Below, one piece after another: positions 28,724-40,466 of a DNA stretch of 64,000 nucleotides. The first letter of the stretch is position 1. Each line of letters begins with the position of its first letter. A program made the position numbers and the translations under genes. This DNA comes from Rhynchopus sp. YZ270_cl-10 (lineage: Eukaryota): contig OZ037833.1 of the NCBI GenBank assembly GCA_964035575.1, forward strand, positions 1,240,001-1,304,000. The letters run 5' to 3'. The notes below the pieces were generated by a model. The model did not search any database and had not been told where the DNA came from. It saw only the letters and a list, made by a program, of their open reading frames with translations.

Positions 28724-31700
28724 ATGTCAGATCGGAGACGGCGTGATAAACGCGAGAAGAAACGCAGGCGTAGCAGCAGCAGCAGTGAGGAGGACCGGAG
28801 CAGGCGCAAACGCCGAGGGGGTGGTGGTGGGGGGCGGTCAGGATGGGACATGGCACCAGCGGTATGTGGCGAGACCCTACACAACCCCCTCATTAAAAGC
28901 GCACAACGCAAAGAGAAGTCTTTTTGTTTTGTGCGCTCAAAGCCTAACCCTGACACCTTTTGGGAACCATATTCTCCCAATAATCCTTTAGGACTTTGGG
29001 ACATAAACTGATCACTCAAGTTGGAAAACGGTTTCTTTACAATAGGGTGAACGACATCACCGTGGACAACCCTCTATAAAGACAGTACATCTTCAAACCC
29101 AGCGTTCCAACGATAGTGGTCAAAAGATGTGTATTGCACACAAGACACTTTATCTGTCAAAGTGTCTTTACTTTGCGAGAGGTTCTCATTCAGAGATTAT
29201 TACTCCACCACACCACCACCACCCCACAGGGCGGCGCAATGCTGTCGGGCCTCTCCCCTGACCCAACAGCACCTACGTCAGGTGTCTTGCAGATCGCAGG
29301 CCCGGCAGGTGCAGGTGCACTGGTGACGCTTCCTGCAGCAGGTGCAGGCGCAGTACCCGCTGCACCCACAGACCCAAACGGACGCCGTCTCTACATAGGC
29401 AACGTGCCTGCACAGCTCTCAGACGAGATGGTGCAGAACTACTTTAAGGTATATTTTTTTTTTGGCTTTTTGGTGACCCCCCCACCATTTTTGCGTCCCC
29501 TCTTTTTTTTTGGGCTGTGTGATGCAGTGTTTGAAGCTTATATGAGACCTCTCGCTACCGGGGACATCTCTTTGGGTTGTCTGTATGCGAACGTTGAAAA
29601 TTATTTGAACAAAGAAAACTTGAATTCGAAGTCTGCCTAAAAGTTGTTTGCTCTCAAACCCTTTCAAACCCTTTCAACCCCTCCAACCCCCTCCACAGAT
29701 GCACGCAATCGCCCTCCGCCACCGTCTCTACAAGAAAAGGGTAAAGGAGGCAGAGGAAGCAGGGCAGGACAGCAATATCATCCCCGTCCCGAGCGCCACC
29801 GACGACCCAGTCGATAAATGCAACATCACACGCTCGCCGGACCCAACACGAGCAGGGTTTGCCTTTGTCGAGCTTAACGACGAAGAGCTCACGACAGACT
29901 GCCTCTGTCTTGATTGTATGACCTCTCCCCCCCTTTTCTTTGTGCCTGCCTTCAAAAAGAAGGCGTTTCTAACAACTTAGTATTTGGTTGTATATTTTAG
30001 TGATGCATGGTTTTTGTGGTAACAAAAGTTGGGATATGGGACTGCCCCACAGATGCTTAACCCTTAGCCAACGAGCAACCCGTACAGGGGTTGTTTTTTT
30101 TTTGGGTGTTTTATGAAGAACACCAGTAAACAAATTTTTTTTTGGACTTTTTGATCGATTTTTTTTATGTTGAAAAGATTTGTCACGAAACGTTCCAAAA
30201 AACATGTTTTCGGGAGAAAAAAACAACCACATATTTGGTAGGCAGCGTCAGGGATTGTCTCCCCCCAAACACTGAAAGTTGATGCTATTTTCTGGTTTTT
30301 GGGTTGGTGCCCAAGGCCCAACCAAGGCCCCAAAAAATGTCAAAAATATGTTATTTGTCACATATGAGCAAAAATAAAGCAATTGCGGGGTCGCACGACC
30401 TCCCATTCGTAACACAGCCACCCTCACACCAACAGGACTTTCACCTCCTTTTCACTGTTTTTCACTGGTTTTGACTGGTTTTGACTGGTTTTGACTGTTT
30501 TGACCGGTTTTCACTGTTTTTCACTATGTTTTGTTCCTCTCTCAGGCTGTTCATACAACTTCTACTCCATATTTCTGACCGATTTTTTTTTTATTGATGT
30601 CATTTGCTCCCGATCTTTCAAATAACGCCATTTTCGAGTTCCGGTTTTGCACACATATTTCGTCAGAGGACTGCGGGAGCTATTTTCCTCGAAATTTTGG
30701 GTGTTTTTTCCCAAGCATTTTGGATTTTTACAAAATATTTTTTTTTCAAAAAAAATCCAAAAAATAAATAATCAAAAGTTCTGCTCAAAATATTTCAATT
30801 GCGACCAGAATCGGTCAAAAAGTCGTTGCCCTTCACATTTTGCCTCTTGGAGAGCCTGGACCCCCAAAAAACAAAATCCACACCTAAAAATCACTTCGTT
30901 GGCTAAGGGTTAAAAATGCCAAAATTTTGCTTTTTAATTGCCTCAAATTATCGAAAATTTCCCTATTTATGGGGCAAAAAAATTGAGAGCCCCCTTTCCA
31001 TGGGAGAGCGAGCCCCCAAAAAATTGCCCGGGAGCTGGATTTTTATTCTACAGTATAAAGTAGGATAGCAGGGCCGAATGTTTTTGTGTAGAGGAAGGTT
31101 TTAAATAATATCTTATTCCTTTCGCGAACATCCTCCACCTTTTCCTTCACCCCCTCCCCTCAACAGCGAAACCCTGCCCACTCCCCGACGGCACCTTCAT
31201 CCAACTGAAGGTCAGCAGGCCGAAGAACTATGTCCCCCCGGCTGCCCCTCCGGTCCCAGCGTGGTTGCGGAAGAATGCCGACTCGTTGAGTTTGCCTGGG
31301 CATGCGAAGGGGAATGTTGTGATGACGGGGCTGCCGGACTCCATGCCCGATGAGGAGATCAGAGAGCTGCTGGAGACGTTTGGGGAGCTGAAGAACTATC
31401 AGCTGCTGGCAGAGGCGGACGGTGCGAGCATGGCGTGCTGTACGTTCGACTTCGAGGATGAGCAGGACGACGACAAAGCGATCAATGCGCTCAACGGTGT
31501 CGACATAGGTAGCGATGTCCTTAACGTCCGCAAGGTCGGTGCCGGCGCGCTCGTCCTCCACACCGGGAACGGCGATGATGCCGAAAACATGTCTAACGAA
31601 GAGCACGACAAGCTCATCCTCAAAACCATCGTCAACGTCTCGAAAGGCCTGCATGAGGTGCTCCAGCTCCTTGCGCACGACCCGCGGAGGCCGCTTGCGG

Positions 31701-32969
31701 CGCAGAAGGGGCCAGTTAAAAAGCCAACCAAGGTATTGGCGTTGCTCAACATGTTTGATGCTGAGGACCTGGAGAACACGGAGTCGTTTGAGCTGATCAA
31801 GGCAGACATCGAGCGTGAGGCTGAGAAGTACGGCAGGGTCGTCACCCTCACCATCCCACGCGACTACCCTGCACCACCTGAGAAGCCCGAGCAGCCAGCA
31901 GAACCGACCCTGCTGCTGGAGCCGCAGACAGGGCCGGTCAAGAATGTGTTGAGCATAACCGCGGCACCCGAAGCTGTGGCGGCACATCCACATGGACCAC
32001 CCCCAGGCTATGCGTTGGATCTCAACCGCAACGCTCTAGTGCCGTTGGCAAAGCTGCAGGACGAAACCGCACGCATCGAGACAGAAAACAAAGACCGCAT
32101 GAAGAAGTGGGAAGAGGAGTGCCGTGCGGCAGAGGAGGGCTACAAGAAGTCAAAGCGTGTCTGGGACAAGGAGATGCAGGACCCCATCAAGAACGGGGTC
32201 GGCAAGGTCTTCATCGAGTACTGGACGGCGGACGAGGCGCTCAAGGCGCAGGTGGCGCTGGCAGGGCGACACTTCGACGGACGCACCGTTGTGACGTCGT
32301 TCGTCCCTGAGGAGTGGATGTACGAGAAGAAGGAGACCGAGGAGGTATGTCCCTTTAGTTGTTTTAGTCTTTAGTGAACACATGGCAAGTATTTATTGTA
32401 TCGGGAGTCGGTGCGTTGGCTTTATTTTTTTTCCTGCCAAACTTTCTTTTTAATACCGCGAAGAAAACGTAACTGCCTCTATGACAGTCGTCCATTTTCA
32501 AGAATGTTTTTGTCCAGATAGCGAAGGCTCGTTGGCACAGCATAAAAAGGGTGTTTTTTTAAAAGGTACACTGTCACGAGAGGGCTTTGTATTTCAACTC
32601 TACTTTTTTTTTTTAAACCGGACCCATATTTTACACATGGTAAAGTGATTTCCAACCCAACCTGCTACAGATTTATTCAAAATTTCAAAAAATTTCTCCC
32701 ACAATTGATTTTTTCACTTTTCTTCACTCTTTCACTCCTTCACTCCCATTTTATCAAACCCCACACAGGAGGATCAATCCTTTGAGCAAATCCTCGCAGC
32801 ACTCATGATTGAGGACATGCCTGCTGAGGGCGACGCTGCTGACACCACCACCCCCGCCCCTGAGGCTGCTGCCGATAGCACACCAGCAGAAGGTGCTGAT
32901 GCTGCTGCTGCTGCTGCCTCCACAGAAGCACCAACGGAGCCAGCAGAAGTCCACCCTGATCCGGAATAA
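28724..32969 (+). CDS. U2AF2: U2 snRNP auxiliary factor large subunit (U2AF65)-like splicing factor. Exons 28724-28861, 29230-29448, 29699-29915, 31167-32344, 32769-32969
   Basis: RS-rich N-terminus, ULM-like SGWDMAP, RRM1 (RRLYIGNVP...GFAFVEL...LKVSRPKNY), RRM2 (ELLETFGELKNYQL), and a C-terminal UHM (TKVLALLNM...EAEKYGRV...GVGKVFIEY...LAGRHFDGRTVVTSF). All exon phases are consistent. Confidence 0.85.
30061..30909. mobile_element. 849-bp non-autonomous piggyBac-type element in intron 3 of the U2AF65-like gene
   Basis: TTAA on both sides (30057-30060, 30910-30913), 14-bp TIRs CCCTTAGCCAACGA, internal ~10-bp tandem repeats at ~30450-30525, no transposase ORF. Confidence 0.88.
32563..32597 (+). 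repeat. Short dispersed repeat, family 2 (also 37666-37700, 41646-41719, 44158-44227)
   Basis: Core AAGGTACACTGTCACGAGAGGGCTTTGTATTTCAA recurs with variants. Two copies extend 5' to GGACTGCATGG. Confidence 0.8.
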
Positions 32970-33392
32970 AAAAAAAGCAAAAAAATAATGTCATACGAAC
33001 GGAACACAGTTCACATAACCAAAAGAAAATGGAACCAAAAAGGGTTGGGTTCGGGAGGGGAGGGCGTACAAGAACTCCGTCCTTTTTTATTGGGGTGACG
33101 GGGAGGTGTGCTGTAGGGGAAGGGGGAAAAAGGAAAAGAAAATATGGAAAATAATGATAAAAAAATGGAGTAAAAATAAAGGACAGCTGCTGCGTTCATT
33201 CAACGCACCACCTGTGTGTATGACCCTCTGTGTTCCCCAAAAGGCATACCTCTAACTGAAGAAAAAGAGCAATTTTTTTTTACCATCTGTACATAAATCC
33301 CTTGGGATACAAAAACCCATTTCCCTTATGTCATCTCTCCTCCTCACGGTGCCTCCATTCGTTGCCTCCGGTGCCATTGGCGTACCCGGACT

Positions 33393-33657
33393 GATAGGTT
33401 TTATTCTGAACTGTCATTCCCATCTTCACTCAATCTGTTAACCCCCCATGCTCGGATACATCCATCGTACAGTGCAATGATAAAAGTGCTCTTAAGGTTG
33501 ACTAGGTTATGTCTTTTCACTTCATCTCTGCACCATCCCCCTTCTCACCTTCCTTCTTGATAGGGTTCATTCTGAACTGTCATTCCCAACAGTGCAATGA
33601 TAAAAGTGCTCACCCTTAGGTTGACGAAGTTACCTATTTTCACTTCATCTATACACC
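33393..33657. repeat. Diverged local tandem duplication (~100 bp shared) upstream of the SDR gene
   Basis: TGATAGG..ATTCTGAACTGTCATTCCC and ACAGTGCAATGATAAAAGTGCTC...TTTTCACTTCATCT each occur twice. Confidence 0.8.
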
Positions 33658-33707
33658 CCCTCTTCTTCATCTTCCCCTTTTCCTTTTCAGAAAAAAAAGC
33701 AAAAAAA

Positions 33708-34535
33708 ATGAAGGTCGTGATAATCGGTGGTAGTTCTGGCATGGGGCGTGGTCTTGCTTTGAAGCATGCTGCTGCCAAGGATGATGTTATGATAGTCGCA
33801 CGCTCGGAAGCGGACCTGGCTGCGACACAGCGGGCCTGCACTGCGGCCGGATCACCTCGGGCAGGGGTTTTCCGCGCAGATGTGACACGCCTGGCTGAGT
33901 GCAACGCCTTGCTTGCGCATCTTGGGGGGCCTGGTGCAGTGGTGGATGTCTGTTACTTCGCTGTGGGGCGTGGTGCGCATCAGGTCAATGGTACAGCATG
34001 GACAGCCGACGACGCCACGACCGACGTCTACACCGCTATGTTCTCAACCAACTTCTTCGGCCCGCTCAACGCCCTCCGTGCGCTCCTCCCCGCCCTCATC
34101 CGCTGCAAAGCGCACTGCGTCTTTCTCAACTCCGCTTCAGGCATTGTAGGCCTCCCAGGGCGTGCCGCGTATTGCGCTTCAAAAGCTGCGCTCACAGCGG
34201 CATGTGAAACTCTTGTTGCGGAAGGTGTTCCAATCACCATGACCGAAGTCTTTGTTGTCAGCGTTTCAGGAACAAATCTGCGTAAAAATGGGATAATAGC
34301 TGGAATGAGTGGGCCTGCTGCGCATGAGGAGGAAGGGGGTGGGGGTGGTGGTGGGTCCTCATCAGAAGTACCGGTGGAGGTTGCGGTTGAGCAGATCTTT
34401 GCCGCAACAGCAAAGCGGACACGGCGACTGTACATCCCCGCAAAGCTGAGGGTTGCGCCTATCGTGAAGCATCTTCCGTTGATTCCTTCCGACACTGTCT
34501 TAGATAAGCTGGTCTGGGCGAAGGCGAGGCTATAG
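33708..34535 (+). CDS. Short-chain dehydrogenase/reductase (SDR) with C-terminal PTS1 (ARL)
   Basis: Rossmann motif IIGGSSGMG, catalytic S...YCASK, TNFFG motif, C-terminus -KARL. Confidence 0.9.
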   Translation: MKVVIIGGSSGMGRGLALKHAAAKDDVMIVARSEADLAATQRACTAAGSPRAGVFRADVTRLAECNALLAHLGGPGAVVDVCYFAVGRGAHQVNGTAWTADDATTDVYTAMFSTNFFGPLNALRALLPALIRCKAHCVFLNSASGIVGLPGRAAYCASKAALTAACETLVAEGVPITMTEVFVVSVSGTNLRKNGIIAGMSGPAAHEEEGGGGGGGSSSEVPVEVAVEQIFAATAKRTRRLYIPAKLRVAPIVKHLPLIPSDTVLDKLVWAKARL

Positions 34536-35287
34536 AAAAACAGCGTGCAATGGAGGATGCAATATTTGAACTTTTATGGCGAAAAATTGCTGTACAGAAC
34601 ATTCACAGTGGATGTGAGGATGTCTGGAGGTGATGGTATTTGAGGATACCCTCAAATGTTGATACAAACAAAGTAACGTTTTTCTTTTTGAGTTGAAAAA
34701 GGAAAAAAAAGCCACCTTTAATGACTCAGTCTCTTTGATGTCTCTGTGCTTCACATTGTTATCTACACGGTGGCCAGTTACCCCCTGGTGGCAAGCCGTC
34801 CTCTCTCCTCTCCCCTCCCTCTACACGACGGTGGAGCAAATGGTTTTGCTTGCGGTTTCACCGTTGGTTGGAACGGTGAAACCAAAGAACCACAACAAAA
34901 CCACACCTCATGTCATTTCCACTTCACCGTCACGTAATAAGCCCTCCCCCCCTCACTCTACTGCCATACAACACACCACACCACCCCCCAAAGGCAGGGA
35001 CACCATTTACCCCCCCACCCACAACCACCTTACACAAATGGTTTAGCGCAACCTCCCCCTCCCTTACCACCACAACAAACTTCTCTTTCGGAAAGCTGCA
35101 AACGTGGTTATTTTCCTCACCTCCCCCCTACCCCCCCTCCTTCACAAACCCACTTTGTAGACGCCTGCGTCCTAGACGTTTGCACCTTTTTTCTGCCTTC
35201 TTCTCAACCCTCAAAACGACAACTTTTTTTTTTCCTCCATTTTTCCCCCATTTTTTTCTCTCTCTTCTAAACTAAAACAACAAAAAA

Positions 35288-36865
35288 ATGAGGATAAATG
35301 GAACCTCGCAGGCGTTGCTGGTTGGGATGATAGTGTTGTTTGTTGTTGGAAACATTTTTTTTCAGTCAGTTTTAAATGACCATTCCGATTCAGTCGAGCT
35401 GCGCCACCGTATCAACCAACAACAAGCACAGATCCGCACCCTGGTCAAAGCGCAGAAGGCGATGGAAGGGGAACTCCACTCAGCGTTGGATCGACTGCAA
35501 ACCGGGCAGCATGAGGCACATCACGACACCTCCGACAGCTCCAACGACAACGACAACGACAACTCCCTCAGCTCCGACAGCGACGACACAGAAGACAAAG
35601 CAACCACTAACCCACCACGCCACCACCGCCACCACCATCACCACAGCTCCGACTCCGACAGCACCGACCCCACCCCTCCACCACACAAACGCCACAAAAA
35701 AACCCCTCTCCCCGAGAAACAAAACGAAGAAGAGGAGGATGATGACACCCCTCCACCCAAGAAAAAGAAGGTACACACCAAACGCCACGGTATCGGCATA
35801 GAGGAGCAGGAAGGCCTGCGGGAGAAGTTAGAAGGTGATGAAGAGGGGACAATAGCAGTGGTGATGTTTACCTATAAAAGGGCGGGGCTGTTTACGAAGG
35901 CGATGGACCGGGTCTTGAAGGTGTTGGCACCGAAGAAGAATTACAAAAATTTCCGTATTTTTGCGTCGCAAGATGGTAGGGAAAGCAGCGAGGTCTCTGC
36001 GGCGATAGACAGCTACGCATCTCACGGTGTGGTCCATTTGACCCACGAACGCAACGATTCTGGCGCAACCCCTCATGAAAAAGCAATGCACTTCCAAGCA
36101 TACTACGCCATCTCACATCACTTTGGTTGGGCGCTCAAAGAGATCTTTAGTGTCGGAGTGTATCAGAGAGTTATCATTTTAGAAGAAGATTTGGAGGTCG
36201 CATCTGACTTCTTCACATACATGCAAGCCATGTCCCCCATCTTCGATGAGGATGACACAGTTCTCTGCGTTTCAAGCTGGAACGACAACGGCAAGGCGGA
36301 GCTCATCACCTCAGCCACTGCAGTCTATCGAAGCGATTTCTTCCCAGGTCTAGGTTGGATGATGAGTCGCGCCCTCTGGACAGAATTAGAAGAGATATGG
36401 CCTGCAGGGTTCTGGGACGACTGGCTCCGTCAACCATCACATCGCAAAGGCCGAGCCTGCATCAGACCAGAAGTACCTCGGTCCTTCATGTGGTGTGACA
36501 GTGGTGGTGTGAGCAAAGGTCAGTTTTGTAGTCAATATCTGAGCCATATGCAAATAGAGGAAAAGCCAGTAAACTGGAAGAAGGTGATGAAGCGGAAAAA
36601 ATATGTGAAAGGTGCGTACGACGAATGGCTCGATGATGTGGTAGAAAGTGCCACTGTCGCGCATGGTCCCGAAGGGATAGGGAGCGAGGAGGAGTACAAA
36701 ATATACTATACATCCAACCGGGAGTACGTAGATCTGGCACGCCAGTTTGGCCTTATGACAGACTTCAAGGACAATGTGCCGCGGACAGCGTACAAAGGCA
36801 TTGTCACCTTCCGATGGAAAGGGAGTCGAGTGCACCTTGTATCGCGAATGGGTCTTTATACATAA
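35288..36865 (+). CDS. MGAT1: Alpha-1,3-mannosyl-glycoprotein beta-1,2-N-acetylglucosaminyltransferase I (GT13)
   Basis: Type II TM anchor and stem, then SQDG, YYAISHHFGWAL, IILEEDLEVASDFF, CVSSWNDNG, RSDFFPGLGWM, WDDWLR, CIRPEVPRS and PRTAYKGIV motifs. Confidence 0.92.
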   Translation: MRINGTSQALLVGMIVLFVVGNIFFQSVLNDHSDSVELRHRINQQQAQIRTLVKAQKAMEGELHSALDRLQTGQHEAHHDTSDSSNDNDNDNSLSSDSDDTEDKATTNPPRHHRHHHHHSSDSDSTDPTPPPHKRHKKTPLPEKQNEEEEDDDTPPPKKKKVHTKRHGIGIEEQEGLREKLEGDEEGTIAVVMFTYKRAGLFTKAMDRVLKVLAPKKNYKNFRIFASQDGRESSEVSAAIDSYASHGVVHLTHERNDSGATPHEKAMHFQAYYAISHHFGWALKEIFSVGVYQRVIILEEDLEVASDFFTYMQAMSPIFDEDDTVLCVSSWNDNGKAELITSATAVYRSDFFPGLGWMMSRALWTELEEIWPAGFWDDWLRQPSHRKGRACIRPEVPRSFMWCDSGGVSKGQFCSQYLSHMQIEEKPVNWKKVMKRKKYVKGAYDEWLDDVVESATVAHGPEGIGSEEEYKIYYTSNREYVDLARQFGLMTDFKDNVPRTAYKGIVTFRWKGSRVHLVSRMGLYT

Positions 36866-36941
36866 AACCATTTTTTTCTTTGTGACTAATTAGTGGTGTT
36901 CATCTAACCTTTTAAAGGAATTTGGGGTGTAGGGAGGGGGG

Positions 36942-37580
36942 CAGGTGTAGCCGTAACTAGGGGGGTCAAAACCCGCGATCCCCGATCCCCGATCCCCGGC
37001 TTAATTTAGGGGGGGGTTTTATGAGGAAAAATCAGGAAAACGGTAAAAAAATGTCAAAAATCTGTTCGTTTGCACACTGTGAAAAAAATCGCGACCCACC
37101 GCTGAAAGCGCAAGGTGTTAACCTTGTGAGAGCCTGTGAGAGCCTACTGAGAGCTTATGAGGTCCTGTGCTGTGGTAGCGCACAGTACATAGAGTACACA
37201 CAGTTCACACCGAAAACACTTGCATTTGCATTTCCGGAATCCGTCCGGCCAGTGGTGGGGTCAATTTGCCGAAATGGACAAGTTCTCGTTTTTGGTCAAT
37301 TTCCGCACACAGTATACACAGTATACACTGGGGATTGTTCGGGTGCCTATATTTTTTTGGTCCAACCCCCACGCAAGAAAGCAGGGTATTTTTCCACCCC
37401 CAGAAAATGTCGTTATTGGAAAGATTGGGATCCTCTGAATCCAAATACGTGTTCCGGCCCAGGATTCAAATTGATCCTTAAATCTAATATTGCTAAGGCA
37501 GCATTTCCCATGCAGTTTGTTAGGGGGAAAATCTGGGAATTTTGGCCCGGGGATCGATCCCCGACTTATGGCTACACCTG
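36942..37580. mobile_element. 639-bp non-autonomous hAT-like element
   Basis: TIRs CAGGTGTAGCCRTAA, perfect 8-bp TSD GAGGGGGG, subterminal GATCCCC repeats. Confidence 0.85.
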
Positions 37581-37939
37581 GAGGGGGGAGGAGGACGGAG
37601 ACGCATTGTCTAGTAAAGCGAAAGGGATTGGTGCTGTGTGTGGGTGGGGGTGGTGTGGGTCATCGAAGGTGCACAGTCACGAGAGGGATTTGTATCTCAA
37701 AGACAACATTTTTTTTTGACCAAAAAATCGTCGTTTTTTTCAAAAATAAACCCCTCGTCTACCCTCCCCACAATTCACGGTACGATCCATGCATAAGGTT
37801 AAACCAAAAAGGCATCTTTTTTTGTTAGAATTCCCCTTCTTCTTCTCCTTCCCCTTCTCTGCCCCCCCACAAAGACCTCTAAAAATAAAGCACACATAAG
37901 AGGATATATCAAACAGACCGAAAATAAAAAAATAGAAAA

Positions 37940-40279
37940 ATGGATGACGCAGACGCACTGATTGCACAGGCGTCAGATTTGGTGGAAGGGCTTTCGGAGG
38001 GTGCTGGGACACCACCACCACCACCACCTGGCACGGACACGGGTGCTGCACATAACAACACCGTGGAGGTGGGGAGCGTACCGTTGGCAACGCTGCCGTC
38101 TTCAGCACTGCCCTCAGCACTGCCCACCTCAGATGCAGGGCGCACGCTGCCCCCCTCCTCTGCACCCACCATCACCCCCCTACCCGTACCCGTCTCAGAC
38201 GTAGCAGTTGTTGAGGCCGCGGCCCCAGCACACAACCCAGACGACAGCTCAGACGACGAGGAGCTCAAGGCCCCCGACACAGGGCTTGTGTTGGTGCCGG
38301 ACAACGTCGCAGATAAGCCTCTTGATGAGCATCCGGGATTGGTCCCGTTGGTACCGGGTATGGAATTTTTTTTTCCCCCTATGATTACGTGCAATGCTAA
38401 AAGGAAATTGAACACCGTACCCTACTCCCATCCTTTTTTCCATTTTTCTAATCCGGGGCGGGTTGGAGTAGAGCCACACTTCACCGACAGGTTGAGGTGT
38501 GTGCGTTTCACCACAACCTCTCCCTTTTTGCCTTTATTGTTTTCATTGCTTTATTGTTTGCGGGGGTGGGGGGAAAACATAAAAAGGAACAGTGGGGTGC
38601 GGTTTCAATTTTGTTTCTTTTTTTCAGGGTCACTGCATTAGAAATTCCCCCAAAATCCCCCATTTTTTTTTTTTTGTATTTTTTGAATCTTTTTCCATTT
38701 ATGGCTACCTGCTTGGACACATCTCCCCTACCGACCCCTCCTCCCCACACAAAAAAAAAAAGCGTTTTGTATAGTGCATCCTCGGGAGACCTACACTAAT
38801 ACAACCAAGTTTTCAAACAAAAAACAAAGAGTGGAAATCATAAACAAAAACATTTTGAAACACCCCACAGGCCACGAGGCACCCTGCTGCAACGGCATTG
38901 TGTACGGCTTCGACGTCGACGATCTCTCCTTCAAGCCATGGCGCCAGGAAGGCTGCGACGTCCACGACTACTTCAACTACGGCTTCAACGAAGAGCTCTG
39001 GCGTGCACACTGCCTCTTACAGCCTAGGGGGAAGGAGGCCTACGAGAACAGGGTATGTCCCCCATCCATAGCATCTTTTTTTTTTGAGGAATCTGGTGAT
39101 ATTTTTTCCACATAGTAGTGCCTGTCTGCCGATGTAATGTGGTGAGGCGTTTGCACTTATCTTTTTTTCTTTTCCCGCTTTTTAACGTCGTATTTCTCTT
39201 GTTTTTGATGAAATTAGTTGTAATTCTGTAACGTAACTCCACGCTAGCCCATCACACCCACCACCCAACAGGCCATCGAACAACAAAAGAAAGCCAAGCG
39301 CCATGCCAAACAGCAACGTGACGCTGCCAAACGCAAGCGTTCCCCTGAGCGCGACACCCTCCCCACCGTGCAGGCTGCACAGGCTGCAGAGAACGCAAGC
39401 ACGGCACTCATACAGCGTCTTATCGCAAGCAGGTCCGCTGGGAACCTGCCGCCATCGTCCACAGGCACACCGCCACCCACATCCTCATCCACACAGCCGA
39501 ACCTGCTAGCTGCATTGGGAGCACCGATTCCTGCAGGCCTGGCCACAAACAACAACAACAACAACAACAACAGCAACAACAATAACAACAACAACACACT
39601 TCTCAACACCAACTTCCAAGCCCTCCTCAACCAAACCGGCGAGCCGCCTAACAAAATGCCACGCACAGAGGAGCCAGGCAAGAACGACAACTCGAACCAA
39701 AACCAAAACCTTGCGGACATGCTGCGGTTACGTGGTGCGCCTGCGTTTGGGGGGAACTTCAACAACACCAACGTGATCGGGGACCGCAAAGGTGGCAAAG
39801 GAGGCTTCAAGGGCGGCAAAGGCGGGAAGGGCGGCGGCAACTTCGAGATGCCCCAGCAGCCGATGTTCCCTACCAACCCGCTTGGCGGGAACTTCCAGGC
39901 ACCACCCCCGATGGGCGTGCCTGGGCTGGGTGCGGGGTTGCCGGCACCAGGGGTTGGGGGGGAGGCGGGGGCGCCGGGGATGGGTGTGACTGCTGGGGCT
40001 ATGCAAAGCTTGATGAACTTGCTTACGGGGGCTGGCGGTGGTGTGGGCAACATGGGTGCGGGGGGAGGAGCAAACCCCCCTCTCCCAGGGGGCCCTATGC
40101 CGATGGGCAACATGCCCAACATGCCAAACATGCCCAATCTCTCCAATATGCCTAACATAGCAAACCTGCCAAACCTACTCCCAGGCAATCTACCCATGCC
40201 TATGGGTAACACCCTCAGCAACCCACCCCTCCCTGCCTTCCCAAACTTCCTCGGGAACAGGAACAATACTAACATGTGA
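37940..40279 (+). CDS. FIP1: FIP1-like polyadenylation factor (~535 aa). Exons 37940-38357, 38871-39052, 39272-40279
   Basis: Fip1 motif FDVDDLSFKPWRQEGCDVHDYFNYGFNEELWRAHC in exon 2, low-complexity N/G/P-rich C-terminus, consistent intron phases. Confidence 0.85.
38470..38524 (+). mobile_element. Degenerate fragment of the YR-retrotransposon terminal repeat (A/B junction) in FIP1 intron 1
   Basis: AGAGCCACACTTCACCGACAGGTTGAGGTGTGTGCGTTTCACCACAACCTCTCCC versus AGAGCCACTCCTCACCAAACAGGTCGAGGTGTGTGCGTTTCACCACAACCTCTCCC at ~60142-60197. Confidence 0.85.
38759..38816 (+). repeat. Dispersed mini-element, family 1 (with AAAGCGTTTTG 5' extension)
   Basis: Matches the consensus; the 5' extension is shared with the 60648-60709 copy. 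Confidence 0.85.
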
Positions 40280-40466
40280 ACCAAAAAAAAGGGGAATAAA
40301 GTGGGGTTTTCGGGGGGGTGTTACGGGCGTAGCTACGGACGTCTGTTTATAAAGCAGAACTTTGGGGACCAAAAAAGACCCTCCCATTTCCCCCCCTCCA
40401 GCAACCCCTCCCCCAAGTAACCCATTAAACCAACCTCACCCAGAAAACAACCACAAAACCTTTCCA

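Noticed and set aside
37021..37719. 232-aa ORF inside the hAT-like element as a transposase
   Set aside because: No transposase motifs, and it runs past the TIR.
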